This document shows, piece after piece, positions 17,988 to 27,986 of a stretch of 64,000 bases of DNA. The DNA comes from a virus. The notes under the pieces were generated by a model, which made no database searches, was not told where the DNA came from, and worked only from the letters and a program-made list of their open reading frames with translations. Both the position numbers and the translations under genes were made by a program. Where the stretch lies: the IMG/VR virus record IMGVR_UViG_3300028416_000501, positions 1 through 64,000 of that record. One strand, given 5' to 3'. Position 1 is the stretch's first letter. Each line of letters opens with the position of its first letter.

Positions 17988-19109
17988 TTGATTGATAAGA
18001 TAAATGCAATATGGGGCATAGATAATAATACAAGTAACTTAGATAAGTTTACAGGTTACGAACATCTATACGATAAGTTTGACACTTATACAAAAGAAGT
18101 ATATTATGCAAACCCAGAACAAACCATACAAGAAGTGTATGATTTATATCGTAGTGTAAACCTTGTTCCAATTACATACTTTACAGAGCAAGGAATGATT
18201 GATGAACTCAAGCATTTCAAAAGCAGAGGCTATAATCACGTAACAGATAATGTTCAAGGACTAGGCAATAACGCAGGTTCCTCTATTGGAAGATTTTTGT
18301 TTCCTAATATGATGACTGCTGAACCAAAAGGCAGAGGCTCAAACAGTTTACGAGATAGGTTCTTAGATGAGAAAAAACTTAAAAGAGCAATACGCATTTG
18401 TTTTGAATTCAGAGACAGTAACAAACTTGTGTACCCAATGTCGTTGAGAACTGCATTAGAATTAGTTACTGGAGAGAATGTTACTAACTTTAAAGCCCAA
18501 CACGCCAGAAGTATTGTAGAACATTTGTGTCCTGTTATGTGGGGCAGAGTATATGACTACAGTATGGGTTTTGGTGGCAGACTGTTAGGAGTAAGTGCAA
18601 GTAATATGAACTACACTTATATTGGAACAGATCCTAACACAGAAACATTTGCTTATTTAGAATACTTAAATGAACTATTGGGTGGACCTGGAAAAGACAA
18701 TGAACTATATTGTAGTACAAGTCAAGATTATCAATGCGAAGATATTGATTTAGCATTTAGTAGCCCACCTTATTTTAACTTAGAAAAATACAGTGATGAA
18801 CCTACACAGTGTATGGTAGAGTTTGACAACCTTGATCAATGGTTTGAAGGATACGCAGTACCAACAATGCAAAACATATACAATGGATTAAACAGTGATG
18901 GTATCTTTGCAACAAACATTGCAGACTATAAAACATATGGACAAAAAGAACCTATCTTAGTTGTAGACCGTTGGATCGAAACTGCTGAAAAGATTGGATT
19001 CAAACATACTAACACAATTAAAATGTTACTAAGCACACGACCTGGTGTTGGTAACGATCGTAAAGAAGGTAGACAAAAGTGGGAAGGAGTATACGTTTTT
19101 GGAAAATAA
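17988..19109 (+). CDS. DNA amino-methyltransferase (N6-A/N4-C)
   Basis: YDYSMGFGGRLLG SAM-binding motif and SPPY catalytic motif. Confidence 0.8.
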   Translation: MIDKINAIWGIDNNTSNLDKFTGYEHLYDKFDTYTKEVYYANPEQTIQEVYDLYRSVNLVPITYFTEQGMIDELKHFKSRGYNHVTDNVQGLGNNAGSSIGRFLFPNMMTAEPKGRGSNSLRDRFLDEKKLKRAIRICFEFRDSNKLVYPMSLRTALELVTGENVTNFKAQHARSIVEHLCPVMWGRVYDYSMGFGGRLLGVSASNMNYTYIGTDPNTETFAYLEYLNELLGGPGKDNELYCSTSQDYQCEDIDLAFSSPPYFNLEKYSDEPTQCMVEFDNLDQWFEGYAVPTMQNIYNGLNSDGIFATNIADYKTYGQKEPILVVDRWIETAEKIGFKHTNTIKMLLSTRPGVGNDRKEGRQKWEGVYVFGK

Positions 19110-20343
19110 AGTACTAGTACAAAACAAACTGTTAAAACGTGCAACTCCTGAAAATACTTATTGCACAAGTCCATGGAACGAAATTCATATTCATGCTACA
19201 GGTAAAGTTAGAATGTGTTGCCAACATCATGGAATAGATAAAAATATCAATGATGTAACATTATCAGAAGCATTTAATAGCGACGAATATCGGACTGCAA
19301 GAAAAGAAGTTATGTCTAATATATGGCCTAAAGGATGCGGCCAATGTGTTAAAGCAGAATCACATTCCGGATTTAGTATGCGTTATATGAATACAGAATT
19401 AGTAAATGATGCTAAACGCTGGCACCAAACATTTGGTTTACCCAACACAATTCAAAAAATAGGAATAGATTTTAGTAATGCATGTAATTTAAGATGTACA
19501 ATTTGTGACCCTAACAAAAGCACAGGCTGGTACAAAGATGCCAAAATGCTACATAATGCATTAGGAGAAAAAGAATCCTGGAGAGCATATAATCATGCAT
19601 CAGACAAACCTTATGGGATATCGGTAGATTTTGTTGATAAGAATTTAACAACTTTATTAAATGCAAAACATATAGAGTGTGGCGGCGGCGAGCCTTTTTA
19701 TATGCCACAGTTTCTTTATCTAGTAGATAAGCTAATTGAACATGATTATAAAGGTCGTTTAAAAATTATAACAAACGCAACATTGCTCAAAGAAGAAATG
19801 TTAGAAAAACTAAAAAATATTAATGCTTCTTTTGTAGTAAGCATGGACGGAACAGGACATGTATATCCGTATATGAGACCAAGTACACCATTTGGGAAAT
19901 ACAGTTGGGAAGAAATTGAACAGAAATTGTTCAATATATTTGATAACTATCATTTAAATATATCTTATACTCCAAACATTCTTAATATTTATAATATACC
20001 AGATTATTTAGAATGGCTAAAACATAAACTTATACCAAGAAAAGTTAATAATGTTTATACTAAAGATAGATTTTTTAATGAATGTGTTACTTCACCAAAT
20101 TATTTGCGTATTGCAGTACACCCAGATGAAGATTACAAACATAGATTAGCAGACATGTTAGAAGCAAGAAGTGACGGGGATCACTTTAGTGATATCATAA
20201 TGCAATGTAGAAAAACAAGAACAGATAAAGAAATAGATGATTGGAAATTCTTTTGTAAGACTACTGATCTTCTTGACAAACATAGAAAAACAAGTATAAT
20301 TAAGTATGTACCCAAATTAGAGAAATATTGGATTAAAGAATGA
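19099..20343 (+). CDS. Radical SAM protein with N-terminal twitch-type Fe-S domain
   Basis: CTSPW...CC...CGQC, CNLRCTIC, GGGEP; TTG 19099 follows AAGGAG (ORF track starts at 19045). Confidence 0.88.
   Translation: MENKVLVQNKLLKRATPENTYCTSPWNEIHIHATGKVRMCCQHHGIDKNINDVTLSEAFNSDEYRTARKEVMSNIWPKGCGQCVKAESHSGFSMRYMNTELVNDAKRWHQTFGLPNTIQKIGIDFSNACNLRCTICDPNKSTGWYKDAKMLHNALGEKESWRAYNHASDKPYGISVDFVDKNLTTLLNAKHIECGGGEPFYMPQFLYLVDKLIEHDYKGRLKIITNATLLKEEMLEKLKNINASFVVSMDGTGHVYPYMRPSTPFGKYSWEEIEQKLFNIFDNYHLNISYTPNILNIYNIPDYLEWLKHKLIPRKVNNVYTKDRFFNECVTSPNYLRIAVHPDEDYKHRLADMLEARSDGDHFSDIIMQCRKTRTDKEIDDWKFFCKTTDLLDKHRKTSIIKYVPKLEKYWIKE
20273..20300 (+). promoter_or_regulatory. Sigma70-type promoter for PolB embedded in the 3' end of the radical SAM gene
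   Basis: TTGACA-16nt-TATAAT, 39 nt before the polymerase ATG. Confidence 0.55.
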
Positions 20344-23033
20344 GCTACGTAGACGCACACCACGATAAGAACAAAGACATTGTACAAGTTGTAGAACGAA
20401 TCAACGGCAAAAGAGAATTTAAAGAAATTCCTGCCAAGTACACATTTTATTACAAAGACCCCAAAGGTAAATTTACAAGTATCTTTGGTGAGAAGCTAGA
20501 ACGCATTGTGTGTAACACAAGCAAAAAGTTTAACACTGAGAAAAAGATACATGGACACAAAGGCTTGTATGAAAGTGATGTAAATGTTATTTTTAAAACA
20601 TTCGCAGAGAATTATGATCCACAATCAGTTCCAGAGCTAAATGTTTGTTTCTTTGATATTGAGACAGACTTTAATAAAGAAGTAGGGTTTGCTCCACCTG
20701 AAGATCCTTTTAATGCTGTAACGGCAATTAGTTTACACAACAGTTGGATGAATGCAACAATTTGTCTTGCTATTGGTCCTAAAACTATGACGTTTGAAGA
20801 AGCAGAAACTGTTACTAATAAGTTTGAGAATACTATTCTGTTTAACACAGAACGAGAAATGCTTGAAGCGTTTTTAGACTTAATTGACGATGCAGATATT
20901 TTAACAGGTTGGAACAGTGAAGGCTTTGATATTCCGTATCTTGTAAACAGAGTATCTAGGGTAATGAGTAAAAGTCACACACGCAAGTTCTGTTTATGGG
21001 ATATGCTTCCCAAAGAACGAAAGTTTGAACGTTTTGGTGCAGAGCAACAAACATATGATTTACATGGTCGTGTACACATGGATTATATGCAATTGTATAG
21101 AAAGTATACATATCACGAGATGCACAGTTATTCGCTAGATGCAATTGGTGAATATGAATTAGGTGATCGCAAAGTAGATTATGAAGGCACATTAGATCAA
21201 CTATATAACAATGACTTTGAAAAGTTTATTGCTTATTCAAGACAAGATGTTGACTTGCTTGTAAACTTAGACAAGAAGCTACAGTTTATTGACTTAGCAA
21301 ATGTGTTAGCACATTCTAACACAGTGTTGCTACAAACAACAATGGGTGCGGTTGCACAAACAGACCAAGCTATTATTAACGAAGCACATACTAAAGGCTT
21401 AATTGTTCCTGACAAGCGTTACGACAGAGATTCAACACAAGCCGCAGGTGCCTATGTTGCAACACCTAAAAAAGGTATGCATAAATGGGTTGGAAGTATT
21501 GACTTGAACTCACTGTATCCTAGTATTATTCGTAGTTGTAATATGAGTACTGAAACTATCATTGGGCAGGTGCGACATTCTTACACAAAAGAAATGATTC
21601 AAAAGGCTCGTACAGTTGCTGAAGCATGGGAAGGAAAGTTTGCTTGTCATGAGTATGAACTTGTAATGGATAAGAACATTGACGAATTGCTACACTTAGA
21701 CTTTGAAGATGGAACTAGTTTTGAAGCCACTGGCGCAGAGATATATGAAATTGTGTTTAACAGTGGACAACCTTGGATTATTAGTGCTAACGGAACTATC
21801 TTTACATACGAGAAAAAAGGTATTATTCCTGGATTACTAGAGCGTTGGTATGCAGAGCGTAAAGAACTACAAGCAAAGGCTCGTGATGCTAGAGCAGAAG
21901 GCGGAGACAAGTTTGCGTTTTGGGACAAGCGACAGTTGGTTAAAAAGATTAACTTGAACAGTTTGTACGGTGCGTTACTTAATCCTGGCAGTAGATTCTT
22001 TGATAGTAGGCTAGGACAATCAACTACATTAACAGGTCGTTGTATTGCAAAACATATGGCCGCAGAACTTAATAAGATTATTGCAGGCGAATATGATCAT
22101 CAAGGTAAAGCAATTGTATACGGTGATACGGATTCTACATACTTTAGTTCATATCCTATGCTCAAAGATCAAATTAAAAACAAAGAAATTAATTGGGATG
22201 TTGATACTATCATTAGTTATTATGATGCAATTTGCGAAGAAGTAAACAAAACATTTCCTGGATTTATGAGTAGGACATTTCATACTACACTAGACTTGGG
22301 TACAATTATTGCCGCTGGTAGAGAAATGGTAGGTAGTGCAGGTTTGTTTATTACAAAAAAGCGTTATGCAATGTTAGTAATTGATAACGAAGGTAAACGA
22401 GAAGATGTAGATGGTAAAGCAGGTTATATTAAAGCAATGGGACTGGACCTAAAGCGTAGTGATACACCACCCTGGATGCAAGACTTTTTAAAAGATGTAT
22501 TACTTGAAGTACTAACAGATGCTGAAGAACAAGCTATACTTGATAAGATTATTGAATTCCGTAAAGAATACAGAGAAAAGCCTAGTTGGCAAAAAGGTTC
22601 TCCAAAGCGTGTTAACAACCTTACTGCATACAAAGGTAAAATGAAGAAGTTTGAAAGAGAACGTAAAGTAGCACACAACAATAACAAAACAACAGGCGAG
22701 CTTAAAAAGCCAGCAATGCCAGGACATGTTACTGCCGCACTTAACTGGAATAAGCTAAGAGAGATTAACAGTGATAATTATGCTAATGAAATTGTTGACG
22801 GTATGAAAACTATTGTTTGCAGACTAAAAGACAATCCACTTGGAATGACAAGTGTGGGTTATCCTACAGATGAAACAAGACTTCCACAGTGGTTTTTAGA
22901 CTTGCCGTTTGATGATGATCATATGGAATACACAGTTGTAACTAAAAAACTAGAAAATCTTTTAGGTGTGTTAAAATGGGATTTAGATAAGGCGGCAGCT
23001 AAAAGTAATTTTAACAGTTTGTTTGAGTTTTGA
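20340..23033 (+). CDS. Family B DNA polymerase (T4 gp43-like)
   Basis: Exo FFDIETD, GWNSEGFDIPY; Pol SIDLNSLYPS, KINLNSLYG, YGDTDS, KKRYA. Confidence 0.97.
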   Translation: MSYVDAHHDKNKDIVQVVERINGKREFKEIPAKYTFYYKDPKGKFTSIFGEKLERIVCNTSKKFNTEKKIHGHKGLYESDVNVIFKTFAENYDPQSVPELNVCFFDIETDFNKEVGFAPPEDPFNAVTAISLHNSWMNATICLAIGPKTMTFEEAETVTNKFENTILFNTEREMLEAFLDLIDDADILTGWNSEGFDIPYLVNRVSRVMSKSHTRKFCLWDMLPKERKFERFGAEQQTYDLHGRVHMDYMQLYRKYTYHEMHSYSLDAIGEYELGDRKVDYEGTLDQLYNNDFEKFIAYSRQDVDLLVNLDKKLQFIDLANVLAHSNTVLLQTTMGAVAQTDQAIINEAHTKGLIVPDKRYDRDSTQAAGAYVATPKKGMHKWVGSIDLNSLYPSIIRSCNMSTETIIGQVRHSYTKEMIQKARTVAEAWEGKFACHEYELVMDKNIDELLHLDFEDGTSFEATGAEIYEIVFNSGQPWIISANGTIFTYEKKGIIPGLLERWYAERKELQAKARDARAEGGDKFAFWDKRQLVKKINLNSLYGALLNPGSRFFDSRLGQSTTLTGRCIAKHMAAELNKIIAGEYDHQGKAIVYGDTDSTYFSSYPMLKDQIKNKEINWDVDTIISYYDAICEEVNKTFPGFMSRTFHTTLDLGTIIAAGREMVGSAGLFITKKRYAMLVIDNEGKREDVDGKAGYIKAMGLDLKRSDTPPWMQDFLKDVLLEVLTDAEEQAILDKIIEFRKEYREKPSWQKGSPKRVNNLTAYKGKMKKFERERKVAHNNNKTTGELKKPAMPGHVTAALNWNKLREINSDNYANEIVDGMKTIVCRLKDNPLGMTSVGYPTDETRLPQWFLDLPFDDDHMEYTVVTKKLENLLGVLKWDLDKAAAKSNFNSLFEF

Positions 23034-23034
23034 T

Positions 23035-23289
23035 ATGGTAGCACTAGGACACGATATACAAACAAAGTTAGATAAACTAACTGAATGGAATAAGCGACAC
23101 GGTGGTCCTTATGACAGAGGTGGAGCTGACAGTTATTATGGGCGAGGTTGTAGACCTCATTATTATACAGGCGATACACACAATAGTAACAGAATTGAAG
23201 AATGTGATATGACAGATGAAGAGATTAGAGCATACAAAGCCGGTTATTTTGACAATGAAAACGACGGTGATTTCAAAGATTGGGGCTAA
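23035..23289 (+). CDS. Hypothetical phage protein (RHGGPYDRGGADSYYGR)
   Basis: In-frame ATG 23035 right after the PolB stop. Confidence 0.65.
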   Translation: MVALGHDIQTKLDKLTEWNKRHGGPYDRGGADSYYGRGCRPHYYTGDTHNSNRIEECDMTDEEIRAYKAGYFDNENDGDFKDWG

Positions 23290-23327
23290 AATAGCCTAAA
23301 AAAACCAAAATAAATTAAAATAAATTT

Positions 23328-23397
23328 AAGACCCTTGCTACATAAGGGTTTTCGTGCTGGCTAAAAGGTTGACAATACCAAGAACTCTTGTTATAAT
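23328..23397 (+). promoter_or_regulatory. Hairpin plus sigma70 promoter cassette with CAAGA-N2-TCTTG operator (copy 1)
   Basis: ACCCTT...AAGGGT hairpin; TTGACA 23369, TATAAT 23392; palindrome 23379-23390. Confidence 0.8.
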
Positions 23398-23426
23398 ATA
23401 TACATATTAAACAATAAAGGAAGGAT

Positions 23427-23714
23427 ATGAAAAACTCTAAAGCATTTTTAAACAGTTTTAAAACAAAATATATGGTTACAATACGTCCTATTGATGCAGA
23501 TTGTTCACATGTTGATAATGTTTATGTAAACGCATTTGGCTTACAAGACGCTATGAACAGAGTAGATGCGGCAGTTGATCATTTAGAGTATGCAGTACAA
23601 GATATTATACCAGCAGGACATGATTTGTTTGGAATTGAAGAAAAATGCTGTGATAGAGTATCAGTAAAAGATATTGGTATTGCTAATGAGTTTTTTGGTA
23701 TTACATTTAACTAA
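23427..23714 (+). CDS. Hypothetical early protein
   Basis: AAGGA SD, downstream of cassette. Confidence 0.6.
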   Translation: MKNSKAFLNSFKTKYMVTIRPIDADCSHVDNVYVNAFGLQDAMNRVDAAVDHLEYAVQDIIPAGHDLFGIEEKCCDRVSVKDIGIANEFFGITFN

Positions 23715-23715
23715 T

Positions 23716-23898
23716 ATGAAAAACATAATAATAGCAGTAGCGATAACATTTGCAATTATATTTGCATTCATTAGTAGTGTTGAAGCAAAGCGAGTAGGTG
23801 TACTACAAGAACAAATTGAAGCACATAAACTAGCAATGACATTTGCCAACGATGCAATACACACATTTTATAATCAAGTGAAAGTAGTAAGTAAATGA
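23716..23898 (+). CDS. Small protein with signal/TM N-terminus
   Basis: MKNIIIAVAITFAIIFAF; start moved to 23716. Confidence 0.55.
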   Translation: MKNIIIAVAITFAIIFAFISSVEAKRVGVLQEQIEAHKLAMTFANDAIHTFYNQVKVVSK

Positions 23899-23990
23899 TT
23901 GAATTTATCTTTGAAGTACTAGTAAAGTTTGTTAAATGGTATTTCATAATTTGGTTTATGTTTTGGGTTATTTCAAAAATAGCCGGGTAA
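23895..23990 (+). CDS. Tiny hydrophobic peptide (31 aa)
   Basis: MIEFIFEVLVKFVKWYFIIWFMFWVISKIAG; ATGA overlap. Confidence 0.4.
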   Translation: MIEFIFEVLVKFVKWYFIIWFMFWVISKIAG

Positions 23991-23995
23991 AAAGG

Positions 23996-24023
23996 TTGAC
24001 AACAGTATTGACTTATGTATAAT
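23996..24023 (+). promoter_or_regulatory. Sigma70-type promoter of the AAAGGTTGACAA family, without the palindrome
   Basis: TTGACA-16nt-TATAAT. Confidence 0.65.
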
Positions 24024-24044
24024 ATTAAATATACGGAGAGTAGA

Positions 24045-24236
24045 ATGGTAACAGATACAACAAAATTAGTTGCATATATTAACTGGCTTAATGCTAAAGG
24101 GCAAGCAATGATGGAAGACGATCCTCATTTGTGGGTTGGAATGTTAACTACTGATTTAGACCATTGGGCAAGTTATGGAATTACTACTCCAGATCAACTA
24201 GGTGAATACCTAGATGCACAGTCGGGAGACTTTTAG
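24045..24236 (+). CDS. Hypothetical early protein (HWASYGITT motif)
   Basis: Start moved to ATG 24045 after GGAG. Confidence 0.6.
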   Translation: MVTDTTKLVAYINWLNAKGQAMMEDDPHLWVGMLTTDLDHWASYGITTPDQLGEYLDAQSGDF

Positions 24237-24389
24237 ATAGAATTTTATTAACAGTAAACTTAACTGTTAAAAAGGGGAAAAAATCACTTAAATACACTAG
24301 TGGTTAAGAAATTAATTGCTCTGATGTGATCGCAGAAGCAATGACGAAGAATTGGTCGGTCACGTAAAAATAAAATATAGGAGAAAACT

Positions 24390-24611
24390 ATGTTAGATAA
24401 AATCAAAGGTGCCGTTTCAGGTGCTATGGATATTGGCGTAATGCTAATTGGCCTTGCTATCGTTCTACAAATCGTATTCGGTGGTTCTGTTCCTTTCTTA
24501 GGTGGCGATGTAATCGGTACTGTAATCGGAATAGTTGGTCAACTAGGTGCAGCTGGTCTTACTGGTCTAATCGCTGCAGCAGTGTTGTGGAAGTTATTTG
24601 ATCGTGACTAA
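24390..24611 (+). CDS. 73-aa Gly-rich membrane protein
   Basis: Strong AGGAG SD, biased codon use (GGT, GCT, ATC, TTC), two to three hydrophobic helices. Confidence 0.75.
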   Translation: MLDKIKGAVSGAMDIGVMLIGLAIVLQIVFGGSVPFLGGDVIGTVIGIVGQLGAAGLTGLIAAAVLWKLFDRD

Positions 24612-24638
24612 AAGTAAAGTTTTTTCAATTTACTAACT

Positions 24639-24717
24639 AAACCCTTGTATTACAACAGTTTTACAAGGGTTTTTTCTTAAATAAAAGGTTGACAAAAGCA
24701 AGAGTTCTTGCTATAAT
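24639..24717 (+). promoter_or_regulatory. Terminator hairpin plus sigma70 promoter cassette with AGCAAGA-N2-TCTTGCT operator (copy 2)
   Basis: AAACCCTTGTA...TACAAGGGTTTTTT; TTGACA 24689, TATAAT 24712. Confidence 0.85.
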
Positions 24718-24751
24718 ATAACTATATTAACAATAAAACGAAAGGTACTAA

Positions 24752-24964
24752 ATGTCAAAAACAATGCAGTGGGCGTGGGATAAAGCAGAAGAAAAATTAG
24801 AAACCACAATCGACAGAGTAAGACTTGGACAGTTAACTCAAAGTCAAGCAGTAAAAGAACTTGAAGATGCACATGAGGCCTGGGAATTAATGGGCTTTGA
24901 AACTATCACAGATGTTATCGACTATATGGTTGATGAAGTAAAAGTAGAAACTACAGGAGCTTAA
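24752..24964 (+). CDS. Small acidic early protein
   Basis: GAAAGGT SD, downstream of cassette. Confidence 0.6.
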   Translation: MSKTMQWAWDKAEEKLETTIDRVRLGQLTQSQAVKELEDAHEAWELMGFETITDVIDYMVDEVKVETTGA

Positions 24965-24965
24965 T

Positions 24966-25634
24966 ATGAACTCGATTAAATCAATTCTAAACTTTACAAT
25001 GAACGGCTTAACAATACTAGGCATTACACTTGTTGTATTTGCATCAACAATTTGGCCATCAACGCCAATAGCAGCAGATACTACCGGAGAGTTTCCAAAT
25101 ACAGAAGTAGTTAACTCGCAAACATTTTTACAACACGAACGAATTGATCTTGGACTTTTTTCACAAGACGATTTTGATTGTTTAGTTACTAATGCGTACT
25201 TTGAAGCACGAAGTGATGGGTATGCAGGCATGTATGCTACAAGCCTAGTTGTTATGAATCGTGTATTAGATTCACGTTATCCTAATACAGTTTGTGAAGT
25301 TGTTAAACAAGGACCAGTTCGCGAAAGTTGGAAAACACGAGACAATCCAAATGTTGCTACAGAAGATCGTATTTTTTATCCTGTACGAAACAAGTGTCAG
25401 TTTAGCTGGTACTGTGATGGGAAAGCAGACGATATGTATAACGAACAGTCGCTAAATACTGCTGAAGCAGTTGCAACGATTGTATTAACAGATTTTGCTA
25501 ACAACGGCACAGTTGATATCACAGAGGGATCAACTCATTATCATACTATTGCAATTAATCCTTATTGGGCAAATAGTCGTGGAATGATGAAAATAACACA
25601 AGTAGGAACACACGTATTTTATAAATGGAATTAA
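24966..25634 (+). CDS. Cell wall hydrolase, SleB/Hydrolase_2 family
   Basis: CLVTNAYFEARS, VVMNRV, CQFSWYCDGK, THYH, HVFY; N-terminal TM. Confidence 0.85.
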   Translation: MNSIKSILNFTMNGLTILGITLVVFASTIWPSTPIAADTTGEFPNTEVVNSQTFLQHERIDLGLFSQDDFDCLVTNAYFEARSDGYAGMYATSLVVMNRVLDSRYPNTVCEVVKQGPVRESWKTRDNPNVATEDRIFYPVRNKCQFSWYCDGKADDMYNEQSLNTAEAVATIVLTDFANNGTVDITEGSTHYHTIAINPYWANSRGMMKITQVGTHVFYKWN

Positions 25635-25635
25635 T

Positions 25636-26340
25636 ATGAACTCAGGGGATTTCAAAGAAGCAAGGTATACTGAATCAGATTGGTTCAGTACCTTCACATT
25701 GGGACATGATGACCCTGGTAAACGAAATTGGATAGACGAGGGCGAAGAAAAACTAGGTTGTGCAGGCGGCTATACCAAAGACAGTGTAGAATACTTTATT
25801 AACAATTGGAGATACAGAGGTCAGAGAGTCCCCCAAGAAGGCGCAGATGCAGCCTTTGGGTGTAGTTACACATTTGGATATGGTGTTAACTTTACTTGGC
25901 CGAGTATGTTAAGTGTTGTAAATCTTGGACAAAATGGTGCAAGTAACGATCAGATAGCAAGACTGGCAATTACATATTGTAAAACATTTAAGCCTGAACA
26001 AATATATGTGTTGTGGACTTTTAAGGAACGCAGAGAACATATTAACGCTGATGGTGGACTAGATAAATTTAGAAGTCTGTCCGAAACTGCTATCAAAGAA
26101 GAACTTAAAAACCCAACTTGGAATAGCAATTATGCAATGCTATCAAATAGCAGTGCAGACGAATATAATTTTAAAAAGAACAAGATGTTATTAACTTCGT
26201 ATTGCGTAGTTAATAACATTAAACTAAATCAATTAAGTATTTTTGATTTGCCAAAATCAGAATTTCCACCAGCAAGGGACAACGACCATCCTGGTGAAGA
26301 TTGGCATACTAATATAGCAGGTATCATATGCGAGGCATAA
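25636..26340 (+). CDS. SGNH/GDSL-like protein
   Basis: FGCSYTFG, NLGQNGASN, DNDHPG. Confidence 0.6.
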   Translation: MNSGDFKEARYTESDWFSTFTLGHDDPGKRNWIDEGEEKLGCAGGYTKDSVEYFINNWRYRGQRVPQEGADAAFGCSYTFGYGVNFTWPSMLSVVNLGQNGASNDQIARLAITYCKTFKPEQIYVLWTFKERREHINADGGLDKFRSLSETAIKEELKNPTWNSNYAMLSNSSADEYNFKKNKMLLTSYCVVNNIKLNQLSIFDLPKSEFPPARDNDHPGEDWHTNIAGIICEA

Positions 26341-26341
26341 G

Positions 26342-27163
26342 ATGTCCCCATACTTAAAACAATACGTAGGAGAATATATGTTTGACCACTGGCTAAAGAA
26401 TCACCAAAAATTGGGTGGTTTTCTTGCGTCTAGTTATGTCGATTGGAACATATTACATTCACCTTTGCATGATATAGTACATAAGCTAGAACAGTTTAGA
26501 CAAGTTCCATTTGACGCAGTGCTAGAATTTAGTGATGCAGGTATTACAGACAATTCAATGGAATACAGAGATATTGTAGAAGATGTAAGTAAAATATTTT
26601 ACTTGTGTGAAATGATCAACTACAATGAACTTATATTTCATCCACAAATACTACACGAGCCTTGGAAAAAACGATATAGAGTACACCCAGGCAGTGGCAG
26701 ACTTATGGCGTTATGGTTATGTGGATGTGAAAAGATAAAAACAATTTATATTCATTTTGATGAGCCAGGATTTCAGCCACCAGGTGATTGTTTTATTATC
26801 AAAGACAGAGCAACTGCTCAAAAAGAATTTCATGTTACACCATTAGCAAGAAAACTAGAAGTAGAAACATATGCGGCATTTCCTAAAACAGAAAACGATC
26901 GTATAAGAACACACGCACAAGATCACGAATGGGATTGGAGTCATATACACACTGATAAGTTCTGGCAGTTTATGAGATTTAGTGAAGGCAGTACATTCTT
27001 AGAACATAAAAATATGTGGAGATCATATGCCATTGATGCTTGGCAAGATTTACAACATGATCACATACAAATTGGTACTACTACTTTTGACTTTGACCAC
27101 ACTGGCAAAATTATAGAAGTTCATCGTAATACCGGAACAGGTACAACTGACATTTTACTCTAG
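26342..27163 (+). CDS. Hypothetical protein, weak ParB/Srx-like motif
   Basis: YRVHPGSGRLMAL. Confidence 0.5.
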   Translation: MSPYLKQYVGEYMFDHWLKNHQKLGGFLASSYVDWNILHSPLHDIVHKLEQFRQVPFDAVLEFSDAGITDNSMEYRDIVEDVSKIFYLCEMINYNELIFHPQILHEPWKKRYRVHPGSGRLMALWLCGCEKIKTIYIHFDEPGFQPPGDCFIIKDRATAQKEFHVTPLARKLEVETYAAFPKTENDRIRTHAQDHEWDWSHIHTDKFWQFMRFSEGSTFLEHKNMWRSYAIDAWQDLQHDHIQIGTTTFDFDHTGKIIEVHRNTGTGTTDILL

Positions 27164-27886
27164 TTCTAAACTATCTAACCAGTCTTTTATTTCTTTAGGC
27201 TTAAATCTTGACGTAGTGTTAAACACTCTTTGGTGCTTATAGGTTCTACGGAATATACTGTTAGAAAATACTTTAGCATATACTTCTTTTTGTAATTTAT
27301 CTTCCAGTTTAGGCTCGAAGAATTTCTTCTTTCTTTCAAATGCCCACACATCTGCTTTCGATAGTCCTTCTTTTCTATTATTTAAAATTTCTAAAAACTT
27401 TAAATATTCATTATCTGTTGGAATCATACTAGGCGCCGAATATGCAGGAGTATCTATCATTTCCTGTATGTAATTATTAGTAGTGTCATTTGGTTCGTGA
27501 ACAATATTAAAAATTACACTATTGGGAAAATATTCTAATATCTTAGCAGGCATACTATGAGTACAATATATTACTCGTTTACCGCTATTAATAATATCAG
27601 CACCGCCATTCTTTTCAAATAATTCATCAAACAATTTATAATATTGTTTTTCATTGGGCATATACTTTTCTACTTCGTCGTGTGTAGGAGGAAGTTCGCC
27701 ATGTGGAGTTATTCTACTAAATTTATGTTTGTTAACTGAATTAGTCACATTCCATGGAGCTTTACCGTTTTGTTCACAACTGTACCAATGCATGCAAGGT
27801 AACGATGCTAGAACTCTTCCTAGTTTGTATCCATTTGTTCCTGGTTCAAAGCTAACAAATATATGTTTATCTTTTAATTTACGCAT
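27155..27886 (-). CDS. Hypothetical protein, sulfotransferase-like N-terminal loop
   Basis: FVSFEPGTNGYKLGRVL, YCTH; own minus-strand late promoter. Confidence 0.55.
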   Translation of the reverse strand: MRKLKDKHIFVSFEPGTNGYKLGRVLASLPCMHWYSCEQNGKAPWNVTNSVNKHKFSRITPHGELPPTHDEVEKYMPNEKQYYKLFDELFEKNGGADIINSGKRVIYCTHSMPAKILEYFPNSVIFNIVHEPNDTTNNYIQEMIDTPAYSAPSMIPTDNEYLKFLEILNNRKEGLSKADVWAFERKKKFFEPKLEDKLQKEVYAKVFSNSIFRRTYKHQRVFNTTSRFKPKEIKDWLDSLELE

Positions 27887-27913
27887 TTTTATACCTTTAA
27901 TTAATTATAGTAG

Positions 27914-27945
27914 TATTTATCTATTAATTCTTTATTGGATAAATA
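27914..27945. promoter_or_regulatory. Divergent pair of late promoters
   Basis: TATTTATC at 27914-27921 (GATAAATA on minus) and GATAAATA at 27938-27945 (plus), between divergent genes. Confidence 0.65.
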
Positions 27946-27986
27946 ATAGAGTATAACAGAGTATATATACCTTAAGGAGAAATACA

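Noticed and set aside
20340-23033. Intein or intron in PolB (also checked the clamp loader)
   Set aside because: Lengths are normal, motifs are contiguous, and no C...HN splice ends or homing endonuclease motifs are seen
24296-24362. Hammerhead-ribozyme-like core (CTGATGT...CGAAG)
   Set aside because: Deviates from CUGANGA and GAAA at conserved positions, and stems I-III cannot be formed convincingly
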